Origin: an uncultured bacterium
Lineage (GTDB): Bacteria; Krumholzibacteriota; Krumholzibacteriia; WVZY01; JAKEHA01
Length of the DNA stretch: 64,000 nt
Direction: 5' to 3'
Assembly (NCBI GenBank): GCA_964588695.1
Contig: CAZPQK010000004.1
Coordinates: 226,304 to 290,303 of the forward strand
The position numbers and the translations under genes are program-made. The notes beneath the pieces were generated by a model, which was not told where the DNA came from, did not search any database, and saw only the letters and a list, made by a program, of their open reading frames with translations. Of the stretch, positions 29,730 to 38,883 are shown in pieces; within the stretch, counting starts at the first letter, position 1, and each line of letters opens with the position of its first letter.

Positions 29730-31601
29730 ATGGGTTTTGACGTCATTGTTATTGGTGGCGGTCACGCAGGTTGCGAGGCCGCTCTGGCAGCCGCACGAAT
29801 GGGCCACCACACGGCGCTGATCACACTGCGACGCGATCGCATTGGGCATATGCCGTGTAACCCGGCCGTGGGCGGCCTGGCCAAGGGCCACCTGGTTAAA
29901 GAGGTCGACGCTCTGGGCGGCGAAATCGGGCGCGCGGCAGACGTTGCTGGCATTCAGTTTCGCATGCTGAACCGCGGGAAAGGGCCGGCCGTTTGGTCGC
30001 CACGCGCACAATCCGACAAGGTTCGATACGCTCAGCATATGCAGAATGTGGTAGCGGCCCAACCCATGTTGTCGGTCGTCGAGGCCGAAGTTTCGCGGCT
30101 TCAACTTCGCGGCGAGCGGTTTACCGGAGTTGAGTTGGCGGATGGCTCGGTTGTTTCTGCTCCCGCATGCGTTCTTACGTCGGGGACGTTCCTCCGCGGT
30201 TTGATGCATACCGGCGACTGTAAGACTGCGGGCGGTCGAGAAGGAGAACCCGCGGCTGGGACGTTGTCGGCGTTCTTGCGTTCGTTGGGATTGCGTATGG
30301 GGCGGTTGAAAACAGGCACTCCGCCCCGGGTGCTAAAATCGTCCGTTGATCTTTCCCGCCTGGAAGAACAGCCCGGAGACGATTCCCCAAGCCCGTTTTC
30401 TTACCGCACCTCTGCGATTGAGTTGCCTCAGGTAAGTTGTCACCTTACCTATACTTCCGCAAAAACCCACGACGTAATTCGCGCGAACCTGGACAAGTCG
30501 CCGATGTATCGTGGCGTTATCGAAGGTATCGGTCCCCGGTATTGTCCGTCTATCGAAGACAAGGTGGTGCGATTTGCCGATAAAGATCGGCACCAGGTCT
30601 TTATTGAACCGGAGGGTTTGGACCATCCGGAGTTGTACCTGAACGGGATTTCCACCAGCCTGCCGGCGGATGTTCAGGAAGACATACTGGCTTCGATTCC
30701 CGGTCTTGAGTCCGCCAGAATGGCGCGGCCGGGCTACGCTGTCGAATACGACTTCTTTCCGCCTGATCAGTTGCTTCGCACCATGGAGTCAAAGGTGATA
30801 AGCGGGTTGTTCTTTGCGGGCCAGGTGAATGGTACTTCGGGTTACGAAGAAGCGGCCGCCCAAGGCTTTATCGCGGGTGTTAATGCAGTGATGAACGTGC
30901 GCCAGAGCGACCCCCTGGTGTTGGGGCGGGACGAAGCGTACATCGGCGTGATGCTCGACGACCTGACGACTAAAGAGATCGATGAGCCTTATCGGATGTT
31001 TACGTCGCGAGCCGAGTTTCGTCTTCTTCTGCGACAAGACAACGCTGATGAACGACTAATGCCGGCGGGAAATCGCCTGGGTCTGGTTCCCGACACCGCT
31101 CTCGCAAAGGTCGAAGCTCGCAAGTCTATAGTTAAGCAAACCATTAACGAAATGGTCACGCGCAACTTTCCCACCGCCATCGGTAACCCGCTGCTCGTCG
31201 CTGCTGGGCTTGAGCCGGTGACCAAACCGGTCCCGATCGTCCAGGTTTTAAAGCGCCCGGGGGTCACGTTGGAGATGATTGCACCACTACTCGATTGCAG
31301 TGTGTCTGCCGAGATTGCTCCGCACGTTGAAAGCCTGGTTAAGTACGAGGGTTACGTTACCCGGCAGCTTCGCGATATTGCTAACGTTCGGGACCTGGAG
31401 GCGCGGCGCATTCCGGTCGACTTTGGGTACGAACAGGTCCCTGGCCTTAGCGCGGAGGCCCAGCAAAAGCTCCAGGAAAAGCGCCCGGAATCTGTCGGGC
31501 AGGCTTCCCGGATTGCGGGCGTTCGCGCGGCCGACCTCTCGATCCTTGTGGTGCACCTCGAGCGTCACTCCCGCGACGAAAACGCGGCGGCTTCCGCCTA
31601 G
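29730..31601 (+). CDS. mnmG: tRNA uridine-5-carboxymethylaminomethyl synthesis enzyme MnmG (GidA)
   Basis: VIVIGGGHAGCEAA, CNPAVGG, RLKTGTPPR, GPRYCPSIEDK, GQVNGTSGYEEAAAQG; ATG at 29730. Confidence 0.98.
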   Translation: MGFDVIVIGGGHAGCEAALAAARMGHHTALITLRRDRIGHMPCNPAVGGLAKGHLVKEVDALGGEIGRAADVAGIQFRMLNRGKGPAVWSPRAQSDKVRYAQHMQNVVAAQPMLSVVEAEVSRLQLRGERFTGVELADGSVVSAPACVLTSGTFLRGLMHTGDCKTAGGREGEPAAGTLSAFLRSLGLRMGRLKTGTPPRVLKSSVDLSRLEEQPGDDSPSPFSYRTSAIELPQVSCHLTYTSAKTHDVIRANLDKSPMYRGVIEGIGPRYCPSIEDKVVRFADKDRHQVFIEPEGLDHPELYLNGISTSLPADVQEDILASIPGLESARMARPGYAVEYDFFPPDQLLRTMESKVISGLFFAGQVNGTSGYEEAAAQGFIAGVNAVMNVRQSDPLVLGRDEAYIGVMLDDLTTKEIDEPYRMFTSRAEFRLLLRQDNADERLMPAGNRLGLVPDTALAKVEARKSIVKQTINEMVTRNFPTAIGNPLLVAAGLEPVTKPVPIVQVLKRPGVTLEMIAPLLDCSVSAEIAPHVESLVKYEGYVTRQLRDIANVRDLEARRIPVDFGYEQVPGLSAEAQQKLQEKRPESVGQASRIAGVRAADLSILVVHLERHSRDENAAASA

Positions 31602-31604
31602 TCG

Positions 31605-32207
31605 GTGGATCCCTCTCTGGTAGAAGTTGTCGACCAGTTGGCCGAGGCGTACCCGTCGGCTTCACCCGACAAACTCAAGTTCTACCTCTCAGAAGTCATC
31701 GAGTGGAATCACCGACTCGGTTTGGTTAGCAAGCAAACGACTGAGGCTGCATTACCTCGGCTGGTTAGGCAAAGTGCGCAGCTGCTGGAGATGTGTATTG
31801 AAACGGCAGCGCCCTTAGGTTCAGTTCTGGATGTCGGCACTGGGGGTGGGTTTCCGGGGGCGGTGTGGGCATCGCTCGATCCGACTTTGGATGTGGTTAT
31901 GGTCGAGCGAAAGCAGCGCAAGGCAGCGTTTGTCGAACGAACGCTTGTCGTAAGTGGCATAGACGCTACGATATATAATTGCGACGCGCGTGATCTGCCA
32001 GAACGGTGCCCCGCAGGACGCTTCGACCTGGTGGTTTCGATGGCGGTCGCCGACGTGCGAGACGTCATGGAGCTGGTCGCTGGTGTTGTCTCTTCGGAGG
32101 CATACTATGCGACGGTTCGACCGAGTCGCGAGGGCAACAGTCCCAGTGCCGTCGCCCGCCGCGAGTTGACCGATGGTGTTGCCCTAATGTTCGCATTTCC
32201 CGCCTAG
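31605..32207 (+). CDS. rsmG: 16S rRNA m7G527 methyltransferase RsmG (GidB)
   Basis: EWNHRLGLVS, LDVGTGGGFPG, MVERKQRKAAF; follows mnmG. Confidence 0.85.
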   Translation: MDPSLVEVVDQLAEAYPSASPDKLKFYLSEVIEWNHRLGLVSKQTTEAALPRLVRQSAQLLEMCIETAAPLGSVLDVGTGGGFPGAVWASLDPTLDVVMVERKQRKAAFVERTLVVSGIDATIYNCDARDLPERCPAGRFDLVVSMAVADVRDVMELVAGVVSSEAYYATVRPSREGNSPSAVARRELTDGVALMFAFPA

Positions 32208-32253
32208 CGAACCAAACGGTGGAACTTTGGCGAGCGCCGGACGTACCACAACC

Positions 32254-32955
32254 ATGCAAAACCCCACCCGGCATTGGAACCTAAGTGGTTTAACAGTAGC
32301 GGCGCTTGCGCTGACGGTTATCGGTTGCTCGTCAGGCGGCGACCAGTCCGGCGACAACCTCCCCGAATCTTCTGCGGCCGAAGCGCCCAAGGTCCAGTAC
32401 CAGGTACTTGCCGAGAAAACCTCGCCCCAGGACTCCCTGTTTACCCTTCGATATCTTGGCGACGGCCTGGAAACCCTCAACGACAAATGTCCCGTGCGCA
32501 AGGTGCCGCTGAATCGAAAGATGATGGCGGCCTACGTGAACGGTAAGCCCATTGGCTTTTGTTGAATGCCGTGCGCGACGGTCTTCGTGCAAGGCCCCGA
32601 CCCGTTCCTGAAAGCCCTCGACATATCAGTGCCGTGCGTTGTTGATCCGTCCAAAACAGCGGTCCTGGATCCTGATCATCGGCGGTTTGTGAACTACGAG
32701 ACGTTCTACTTTTCTACGGGCGACGCAATGGCGGCCTTCGACAAGGACCCGGTGGCGTATACGGGGCGACTCACCGACCCGGTTACGCGCGAGCGGTTCA
32801 ATCCGGCCAACGCCGGGGCGCCGACCACTATCGGCAACCGCCTCTACTATTTCGCCAGTGATTCAACCGCAGCTGTGTTTGCGGCTAGCACCGACCAGTA
32901 CGCCACACCTCGGGTCGGCATGATACCGCTGGTTACACCGGAGTCAGGCAACTAG
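32254..32955 (+). CDS. YHS-domain lipoprotein with in-frame UGA at 32563-32565 (putative selenocysteine)
   Basis: Lipobox VIGC; NDKCPV...GKPIGFC-UGA-MPC matches the YHS-type GFCCxxC pattern; the reading frame continues through two more YHS-like repeats; hairpin follows the UGA. Confidence 0.7.
32568..32595 (+). promoter_or_regulatory. SECIS-like hairpin immediately 3' of the UGA
   Basis: GCC-G-UGCGCGA-(CGGUCU)-UCGUGCA-A-GGC, folded by hand. Confidence 0.5.
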
Positions 32956-33099
32956 GCCTCAGACCACAGCTTACGATCACACGCCCAATACGAAAGCGCG
33001 TGCTCCCCGCGGCGCTCCTTCTTTCTTGCCACACCTGAAAATATCTTTGGTCAGACAACTTGTCTTATTGCAGAGGGTTACGTTTGCCGGGCAGGCTTA

Positions 33100-33115
33100 T
33101 TTTTCACGTGAAAGG
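33100..33115. promoter_or_regulatory. Degenerate parS-like palindrome
   Basis: tTTTTCACGTGAAAgg: the 12-bp core TTTCACGTGAAA is intact, with 3 mismatches to TGTTTCACGTGAAACA; intergenic, 1.4 kb upstream of parA. Confidence 0.5.
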
Positions 33116-33216
33116 CAAAAGCACTTGTCACCACTGGCCCCTCATGCATATTCTTACCTCATGCACCGTTTACCCCACCGCTCGCAGCTGTAACTTGTTT
33201 GTTTTAAGGGGTTTGT

Positions 33217-34455
33217 ATGATTTTGCGCTTAGTTTTGGCCGTGCTTGTCGCGTTTAGTCTCGTTGGTTGTTCCTCGGGTACTGATACGGTCGCCCCTGTC
33301 AACCAGGGGCCCTCTATATCATTTGATTTCAATAAGATAGCAGTGTCGAGAGCCTCGTCGGTGCTGCTTTCGGTGGCCGTAAGCGACCCAAACGCCGACG
33401 ACCAGCTGTCGACCACCTGGAGCATCACGCGGGGATCTCTTTCCGGAACTTCGACCACGTCTCGTACCTGGTCCGTCCCGGCAACCGCCGGCACGGACAC
33501 GCTGGAGGTCGTTGTAACTGACGGTCAACGCTCCGCGAAGATAACCGAAGTGATTCGGGTTGCGACGCGCACCACGGGGGTGATTGCGCAGGGTATTTAC
33601 ACCAAGGCAAATTCCCCGTACATAATTGCCCCCAGCGTTACGCCACCGAACCTTGAGGTCTCGAACGGCGCGAGCAGCAACGTGGAAGCGGGCGTCGAGC
33701 TGTTCATCGACGAGGTTGGCACGTCGCTGTCCGTTTTGGGGACACTGAACCTTAATGGGACCTCAAGCGAGCCCGTCGTCATCGCTCCCAACGATCGGAC
33801 CCTGTTGTGCGGAACGGGAACAGGCTGGTGGGATGGCATCATCGTCGAGGGAACTGGTGCATTGAACGCGACTTACGCTCAAATCTCCTACGGCGAGAAC
33901 AACATTCGAGTTCGCGAGCAGGGAACCATCAATGTTGACAATGTGATACTTCAATGTTCACAAGAGGCCGGGCTGCTGATGGAGGGTACAGGGTCAGCGA
34001 CGATTACCAATTCGGAAATCTCCAACTCCGCGGCAAATGGTATCGACATTCGCGCGATTTCTAGCGTGCCGACGGGCGTGCAGATTCAAGGCTGTGCCAT
34101 CGAGTTCAATCAAGTCGCAGGGATACTCATTAATATTAATGACCCGCTGGTCACTGCCGCCCTGTCGATCACGCAGAACGAAATCGTAAATAACTTCTCC
34201 AGCGGTATCTTCCTTGGCGGCGCTTCGCGCCCGAGCATTTCTCAGAATCACATTGCGGTGAACGGGGGCAGCGGAACGCTGGCGAACCTCCGATTGGATA
34301 CCGACTTTGCTGGCGGGAGCGGTGATACATCGATTGATGTGTCCAACAACTTCTGGGGCAGCACCACGTTGACAAACATAATTAACAACATTGACAATAA
34401 CTCGTCGCTCACGCTTGTCGTTGAGCCGTTTCTCACCACTTCCCCCATTCCCTAG
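33217..34455 (+). CDS. Lipoprotein with Ig/PKD-like domain and right-handed beta-helix repeats
   Basis: LVGC lipobox; N/S/I-rich parallel beta-helix repeats (ITNSEISNS, IQGCAIEFN, ITQNEIVNN); NNFWG. Confidence 0.7.
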   Translation: MILRLVLAVLVAFSLVGCSSGTDTVAPVNQGPSISFDFNKIAVSRASSVLLSVAVSDPNADDQLSTTWSITRGSLSGTSTTSRTWSVPATAGTDTLEVVVTDGQRSAKITEVIRVATRTTGVIAQGIYTKANSPYIIAPSVTPPNLEVSNGASSNVEAGVELFIDEVGTSLSVLGTLNLNGTSSEPVVIAPNDRTLLCGTGTGWWDGIIVEGTGALNATYAQISYGENNIRVREQGTINVDNVILQCSQEAGLLMEGTGSATITNSEISNSAANGIDIRAISSVPTGVQIQGCAIEFNQVAGILININDPLVTAALSITQNEIVNNFSSGIFLGGASRPSISQNHIAVNGGSGTLANLRLDTDFAGGSGDTSIDVSNNFWGSTTLTNIINNIDNNSSLTLVVEPFLTTSPIP

Positions 34456-34501
34456 GACGTTTATGGAATTGCATTCCCATTTTGGAAAGGATGTAGGCGC
34501 T

Positions 34502-35263
34502 TTGGGTAAGATCATCGCGATCGCGAATCAAAAAGGCGGGGTCGGTAAAACCACAACGGCCATCAACCTTTGCGCTAGTCTCGCCGCGGCGGAGAAGCGG
34601 ACACTGCTGGTTGACATGGATCCGCAGGCGAACGCTGTTTCTGGGCTCGGGGTTGACAAAACGGCGTTGGAGCACACGGTCTACGACGCGCTGTTTGACC
34701 CGGAGGTCGTACCCGGGGCGATTAAGCCGACCATGATGTCCCACTTGTGGTTGCTGCCGTCTAACCAGCATCTTACCGGCGCCGAAGTTGAGCTGGTGTC
34801 CGAAATGGGACGCGAAATGAAGCTTAAGACCGCACTAGCGCCAATTAAAGATGACTTTGACTACATCGTTGTAGACTGCCCCCCGAGTCTTGGCTTGTTG
34901 ACAATCAATGTGCTAACGGCAGCCGATTCGTTGCTAATCCCGGTGCAATGCGAGTACTTTGCGCTGGAAGGACTGTCGCAGCTGTTAAACACCGTGCGTT
35001 TGGTCCAAGCCAACCTGAACCCACAGTTACAAATTGAAGGTGTGTTGTTGACAATGTTTGATCGTCGACTCAACCTGGCCAGCCAGGTTGCCGAGGAAGC
35101 CATGAACTTCTTCGGCGATAAGGTCTACAACACCGTGATTCCGCGAAATGTCAAGTTGAGCGAGTCCCCCAGTTTTGGAAAACCCATTCTGCTCTATGAC
35201 GTCCAGTCCCGCGGCGCCAAGAGCTACCTGGAACTAGCCCACGAGGTGATCAGCAATGCCTAA
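34502..35263 (+). CDS. parA: Chromosome partitioning ATPase ParA/Soj
   Basis: IIAIANQKGGVGKTTT, VDMDPQAN, DCPPSLG, IPRNVKLSESPSFG; TTG start has an AAAGGA RBS (alternative ATG 34463). Confidence 0.97.
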   Translation: MGKIIAIANQKGGVGKTTTAINLCASLAAAEKRTLLVDMDPQANAVSGLGVDKTALEHTVYDALFDPEVVPGAIKPTMMSHLWLLPSNQHLTGAEVELVSEMGREMKLKTALAPIKDDFDYIVVDCPPSLGLLTINVLTAADSLLIPVQCEYFALEGLSQLLNTVRLVQANLNPQLQIEGVLLTMFDRRLNLASQVAEEAMNFFGDKVYNTVIPRNVKLSESPSFGKPILLYDVQSRGAKSYLELAHEVISNA

Positions 35264-36164
35264 GAAAGCACTTGGACGCGGGCTCGACGCGTTGATTTCT
35301 CAGAACGTAAAAGCCCCCGAACCAACGTCCACGGATCCAGGTGGAAGCGGCGAAGCCGTTGACGCTTCAGGTGTCGGCGTAATCGAACTTCCAATAGAAG
35401 AAATCAAGACCAACCCGAATCAGCCGCGAAAGCAATTCGATCCGGAAAAGATTCAACAACTTGCGATGAGCATTCAAGCCGACGGCGTGCTGCAGCCGGT
35501 GGTGGTGCGTCGCAAGAACGACGGTTACGAACTCATCATGGGAGAGCGAAGAATGCAGGCCTCTCGGGTTGCGGGAGTAGAAACCGTTCCGGCGATTGTG
35601 CGCGAAGACGTGCGCGACCGCGACTCGCTAAGGCTGGCGCTTGTCGAAAACATACAGCGCGAGAACCTGAACGCGATTGAAGTAGCAGAAGCCTATCGTT
35701 CCTTGCTGGCGGAGTTTGGGCTGACACAAGCCGAACTTGCTGACCTGGTGGGACGTGACCGCAGCTCGGTTGCGAACACTTTGCGATTGCTAAACCTTCC
35801 GCAACAAGCGCGCGACATGATCATGACGCGCGAACTTTCCGAAGGGCACGCTCGCGCACTGCTAGCGTTGCCAACGCAAAAGGAGCAACTGTCACTGGCT
35901 AAGACCATAGTCGATAAAGGGTGGTCGGTTCGCCAGGCGGAGCAGGAAGCCGGGATGGCCAAGCGCGCGTCGAAAGGAATCAAGCCTGCCAAGCAGCGTC
36001 CGGCCTATGTGGTTGATCTCGAAGACAAACTCTCGTCGCACTTGGGGACCAAGGTTCACATCGACGAAAAGCGTGGCGGCAAAGGTAAGATGACCATCGA
36101 GTTTTATAGCCACGACGATTTTGAGCGGTTGGCCTCATTGCTGCATCTACCGCTGCCGCGCTAG
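35256..36164 (+). CDS. parB: Chromosome partitioning protein ParB/Spo0J
   Basis: KKALGRGLDALI, NPNQPRK.F, GVLQPVVVR, MGERR, ENIQRENLN, HTH. Confidence 0.97.
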   Translation: MPKKALGRGLDALISQNVKAPEPTSTDPGGSGEAVDASGVGVIELPIEEIKTNPNQPRKQFDPEKIQQLAMSIQADGVLQPVVVRRKNDGYELIMGERRMQASRVAGVETVPAIVREDVRDRDSLRLALVENIQRENLNAIEVAEAYRSLLAEFGLTQAELADLVGRDRSSVANTLRLLNLPQQARDMIMTRELSEGHARALLALPTQKEQLSLAKTIVDKGWSVRQAEQEAGMAKRASKGIKPAKQRPAYVVDLEDKLSSHLGTKVHIDEKRGGKGKMTIEFYSHDDFERLASLLHLPLPR

Positions 36165-36280
36165 TCGACGTTGGGGAGTCGCAACATTTCCGCCCCTTTT
36201 TTTACGTCTCGTCTACACCGCGTGACAAATCAGGGCCTTTTTTGTAACGTCCGCACGCCATAGGATTAGCCAAAGGATCC

Positions 36281-37081
36281 ATGGGCAAATTTATCTCACT
36301 AATAATTGTTCCGCACGACAATACCAAGACGTGGAATCTGCGGTTTTCGTACAAATTGTTATATTTGCTAGCAACTGTGGCGATAATCGCGTTCGTGTTG
36401 ACAATCGGCTTTCTTTTTAAGTACAGCGTCGTCCTGGTTCGTGCCGAGCAGGCGATTCGGTTTCAGCAGGAGAATACCGAGCTCAAACTTCAGGCCGCCC
36501 AGATCGATTCGCTTCGACTGGAGCTAGTGAACCTCCAAGCGATGGGTTTGCAGTTGAAGGGAATGCTGGGTGTGGATCTTACTCCTCACGATAGTCTCCT
36601 GGTGGCCAGATTATCACCAGTGGTTGGTACGCCAACGATCGGCGGTGATGCCTACGAAGAAGCCGTCGGGGCCGACGAGCAGAGAAAGATGTTGGAGGCG
36701 ATGCCTTCCCTGTCACCCGTAAAGGGTTTTGTTAGTAAGACTTTCTACATCACCGGCGGGGAGAAGGCCGAGGAGTACCACCCCGGCATAGATATTGCGG
36801 CTCCCCGAAATACACCGATTAGGGCAGCCGCCGATGGTGTGATAGTGGCCAGTGAGTTTGATGACACCTACGGGTATATGGTTGAGATCGACCACGGCTA
36901 CGGATTGGTCACGCTGTATGGACACAATGCCCGAAATTTGGTAAACGTGGGTGACCGGGTAAGTCGCGGTAAAACGATCGCCTTTGTGGGCAGCACCGGC
37001 AATAGCTCTGCCCCGCACGTCCACTTCGAAGTTCGCAAGAACGGCGTGCCCGTAGACCCCAGCAAGTATCTACTGAACTAA
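36281..37081 (+). CDS. M23 family metallopeptidase
   Basis: TM plus coiled coil; HPGID, YGHNA, APHVHFEV. Confidence 0.92.
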   Translation: MGKFISLIIVPHDNTKTWNLRFSYKLLYLLATVAIIAFVLTIGFLFKYSVVLVRAEQAIRFQQENTELKLQAAQIDSLRLELVNLQAMGLQLKGMLGVDLTPHDSLLVARLSPVVGTPTIGGDAYEEAVGADEQRKMLEAMPSLSPVKGFVSKTFYITGGEKAEEYHPGIDIAAPRNTPIRAAADGVIVASEFDDTYGYMVEIDHGYGLVTLYGHNARNLVNVGDRVSRGKTIAFVGSTGNSSAPHVHFEVRKNGVPVDPSKYLLN

Positions 37082-37164
37082 CCAACCACCCCGGCTAGGA
37101 AACGACACCCACCGTCGTTGCAGGGCCGTCGGAGTTTAGCGACCGTAAGAGGAGGAGCGCTACG

Positions 37165-37584
37165 ATGTTCGGAAAAGAAGGGGCCGACGCCCCCACCAGC
37201 CAAGGAAGCCTTAATTCGATCCTGGGTCAGGGCTGCAAAGTGACCGGGGACATCGAGCTGACGGGTACCCTGCGTATTGATGGAGAGTTCGAAGGAAAAA
37301 TCCACGGCTCCGAGACCCTCATCGTAGGGAAGAGCGGAAAAGTGAAAGCCAACATCGACGTCAAGAACGCGGTGATCGGCGGCAAAATCGAAGGTAACAT
37401 CAATGCTGCCAACAAGATCGAGCTCCAGACGGGCTCGCATGTCGAAGGTGACATTGTAACGTCGCGCCTGGTGATCGACGAAGGCGTGTTTTTTGAGGGG
37501 AACTGCAAGATGGGCGGCAACCGGAAGGTTTCCAGCGCTCCGTCGACCCCGGAAAAGAAACCGGAGACGGCTGGCGCTCGTTAA
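37165..37584 (+). CDS. Bactofilin (polymer-forming cytoskeletal protein)
   Basis: SILGQGCKVTGDI...LRIDG.FEG...V.GDI...LVIDEG.FFEG.CKM; AGAGGAGG RBS. Confidence 0.93.
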   Translation: MFGKEGADAPTSQGSLNSILGQGCKVTGDIELTGTLRIDGEFEGKIHGSETLIVGKSGKVKANIDVKNAVIGGKIEGNINAANKIELQTGSHVEGDIVTSRLVIDEGVFFEGNCKMGGNRKVSSAPSTPEKKPETAGAR

Positions 37585-37660
37585 CGAGCCTGTTAATGAG
37601 CCACCGAAGCACGCCATCCTCGCGTCGGTGGTTCGAAACATGGCCGCCCGGCCCGACCAT

Positions 37661-37694
37661 GCGCCCTGGAGATTCCTCCGGGGCGCCTTTTTTT
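37661..37694 (+). terminator. Intrinsic terminator after the bactofilin gene
   Basis: GCGCCCTGGAG-attc-CTCCGGGGCGC followed by a T run. Confidence 0.75.
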
Positions 37695-37809
37695 CCACAA
37701 TGGCAACACGCTCTGTGTATAACTCGGAGGCCTTTGTGGATAATCCTAACTTGTTGCCAGTACGCCGCTTAGGCTGGTTACTTGTCTCTTAACACGGCGC
37801 TTTTCCACA
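37691..37809. promoter_or_regulatory. Cluster of four DnaA boxes
   Basis: TTTTCCACA 37691, TGTGTATAA 37714, TGTGGATAA 37735, TTTTCCACA 37801; all fit TTWTNCACA. Confidence 0.75.
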
Positions 37810-37925
37810 GTGGAGTCTTAGCTTATCGCTGTAACTTGCTACAAACACGGTTTTTACGTCTACTTAATTTAGACGCTACTAAGGCGTCACAATGGGTGTT
37901 AAGCGGATCGTATTGGAGTGCAAGT

Positions 37926-38882
37926 TTACGGGTTATGGCTAAGCAGGTGGACGCTGAACCAGCCATCCGGATCGGTCCAGGCACGCGCAGTTGTAAATCC
38001 TGAGCTTAACGCAAGTCTAGAAAATTGCTCTGGAGTGTACTTATATGACGACTCAGTCCACAGGCGTTCGCCCGAGCCGAAAGTAATGTCCTCGCCCGCA
38101 ACGGTTACCGTTTGGTCGCAGAGACTTTCCAGGTGCATTTCAATGCGGCCCACGTCGGCGTTGTAGAACGCGACATGCCGAAAGTTCGCGATTTCAAAAT
38201 CAGCGTCAACCAACTCATTTACGTGCATTAGCATGTTCAAATTAAACGCCGCAGTGACACCAGCGTTGTCGTTGTACGCCGCGTTGAGAACGTCCGGAGA
38301 CTTTTGTAAGTCTACGCCAATAAGCAGATCACATCCGGGCGAGCGCTCTGCAACTTTGCGAAGAAACCTGGTCGCATGGGTGGGCTCGAAGTTTCCAATC
38401 GTGCTACCTGGAAAGAACACAAGATGTTTTCCGGGCCGTTTTGCTTCGGGTAAAGAGAAAACCGCTTCGAAGTCGGCACTAACCGGTAGCACTTCCACGT
38501 GCGGAAACGAGCGGGCGATTGCTTGAGCTGCGTCAAGAAGATGGTCGCCGGAAATGTCGATTGGAATGTAAGCCGACGGCGTTAACAAACTCGACAAGAG
38601 CAGATGGGTCTTTTCGGAGTTTCCGCTACCGTACTCCACGACTACCCGGTCGGGACCAACGGCGGCGGCGATGTCGGCTGCGTTGGTTGCAAAAATCTCA
38701 GCCTCTGTTCGCGTGGGGTAATACTCGGGCTGGCGAGTGATTTCAGCGAATAGCTCGGACCCTCGCTCGTTGTAAAAGTACTTTGGCGAAATCCGTTTGG
38801 GGTCTTGCCGAAGTCCTTCCAGTATCTCGGTACGGATATCGGTAGGTGGGCTTTCGACTTCGTAAAGTTCGAACGAACACAT
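37926..38882 (-). CDS. egtD: L-histidine N-alpha-methyltransferase EgtD
   Basis: SPKYFY...GSELF..IT..PEYYPTRTE, EYGSG, YIPIDIS, FFPGSTIGNF, TESSYKY. Confidence 0.95.
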   Translation of the reverse strand: MCSFELYEVESPPTDIRTEILEGLRQDPKRISPKYFYNERGSELFAEITRQPEYYPTRTEAEIFATNAADIAAAVGPDRVVVEYGSGNSEKTHLLLSSLLTPSAYIPIDISGDHLLDAAQAIARSFPHVEVLPVSADFEAVFSLPEAKRPGKHLVFFPGSTIGNFEPTHATRFLRKVAERSPGCDLLIGVDLQKSPDVLNAAYNDNAGVTAAFNLNMLMHVNELVDADFEIANFRHVAFYNADVGRIEMHLESLCDQTVTVAGEDITFGSGERLWTESSYKYTPEQFSRLALSSGFTTARAWTDPDGWFSVHLLSHNP

Positions 38883-38883
38883 G

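Noticed and set aside
37598-37660. tRNA, SRP or 6S-like RNA after the bactofilin gene (GGTTCGAAA and a CCACCGA/TCGGTGG stem)
   Set aside because: The T-stem does not pair, there is no cloverleaf and no SRP GGAA/AGCAG motif; better explained as a 3' UTR hairpin before the terminator
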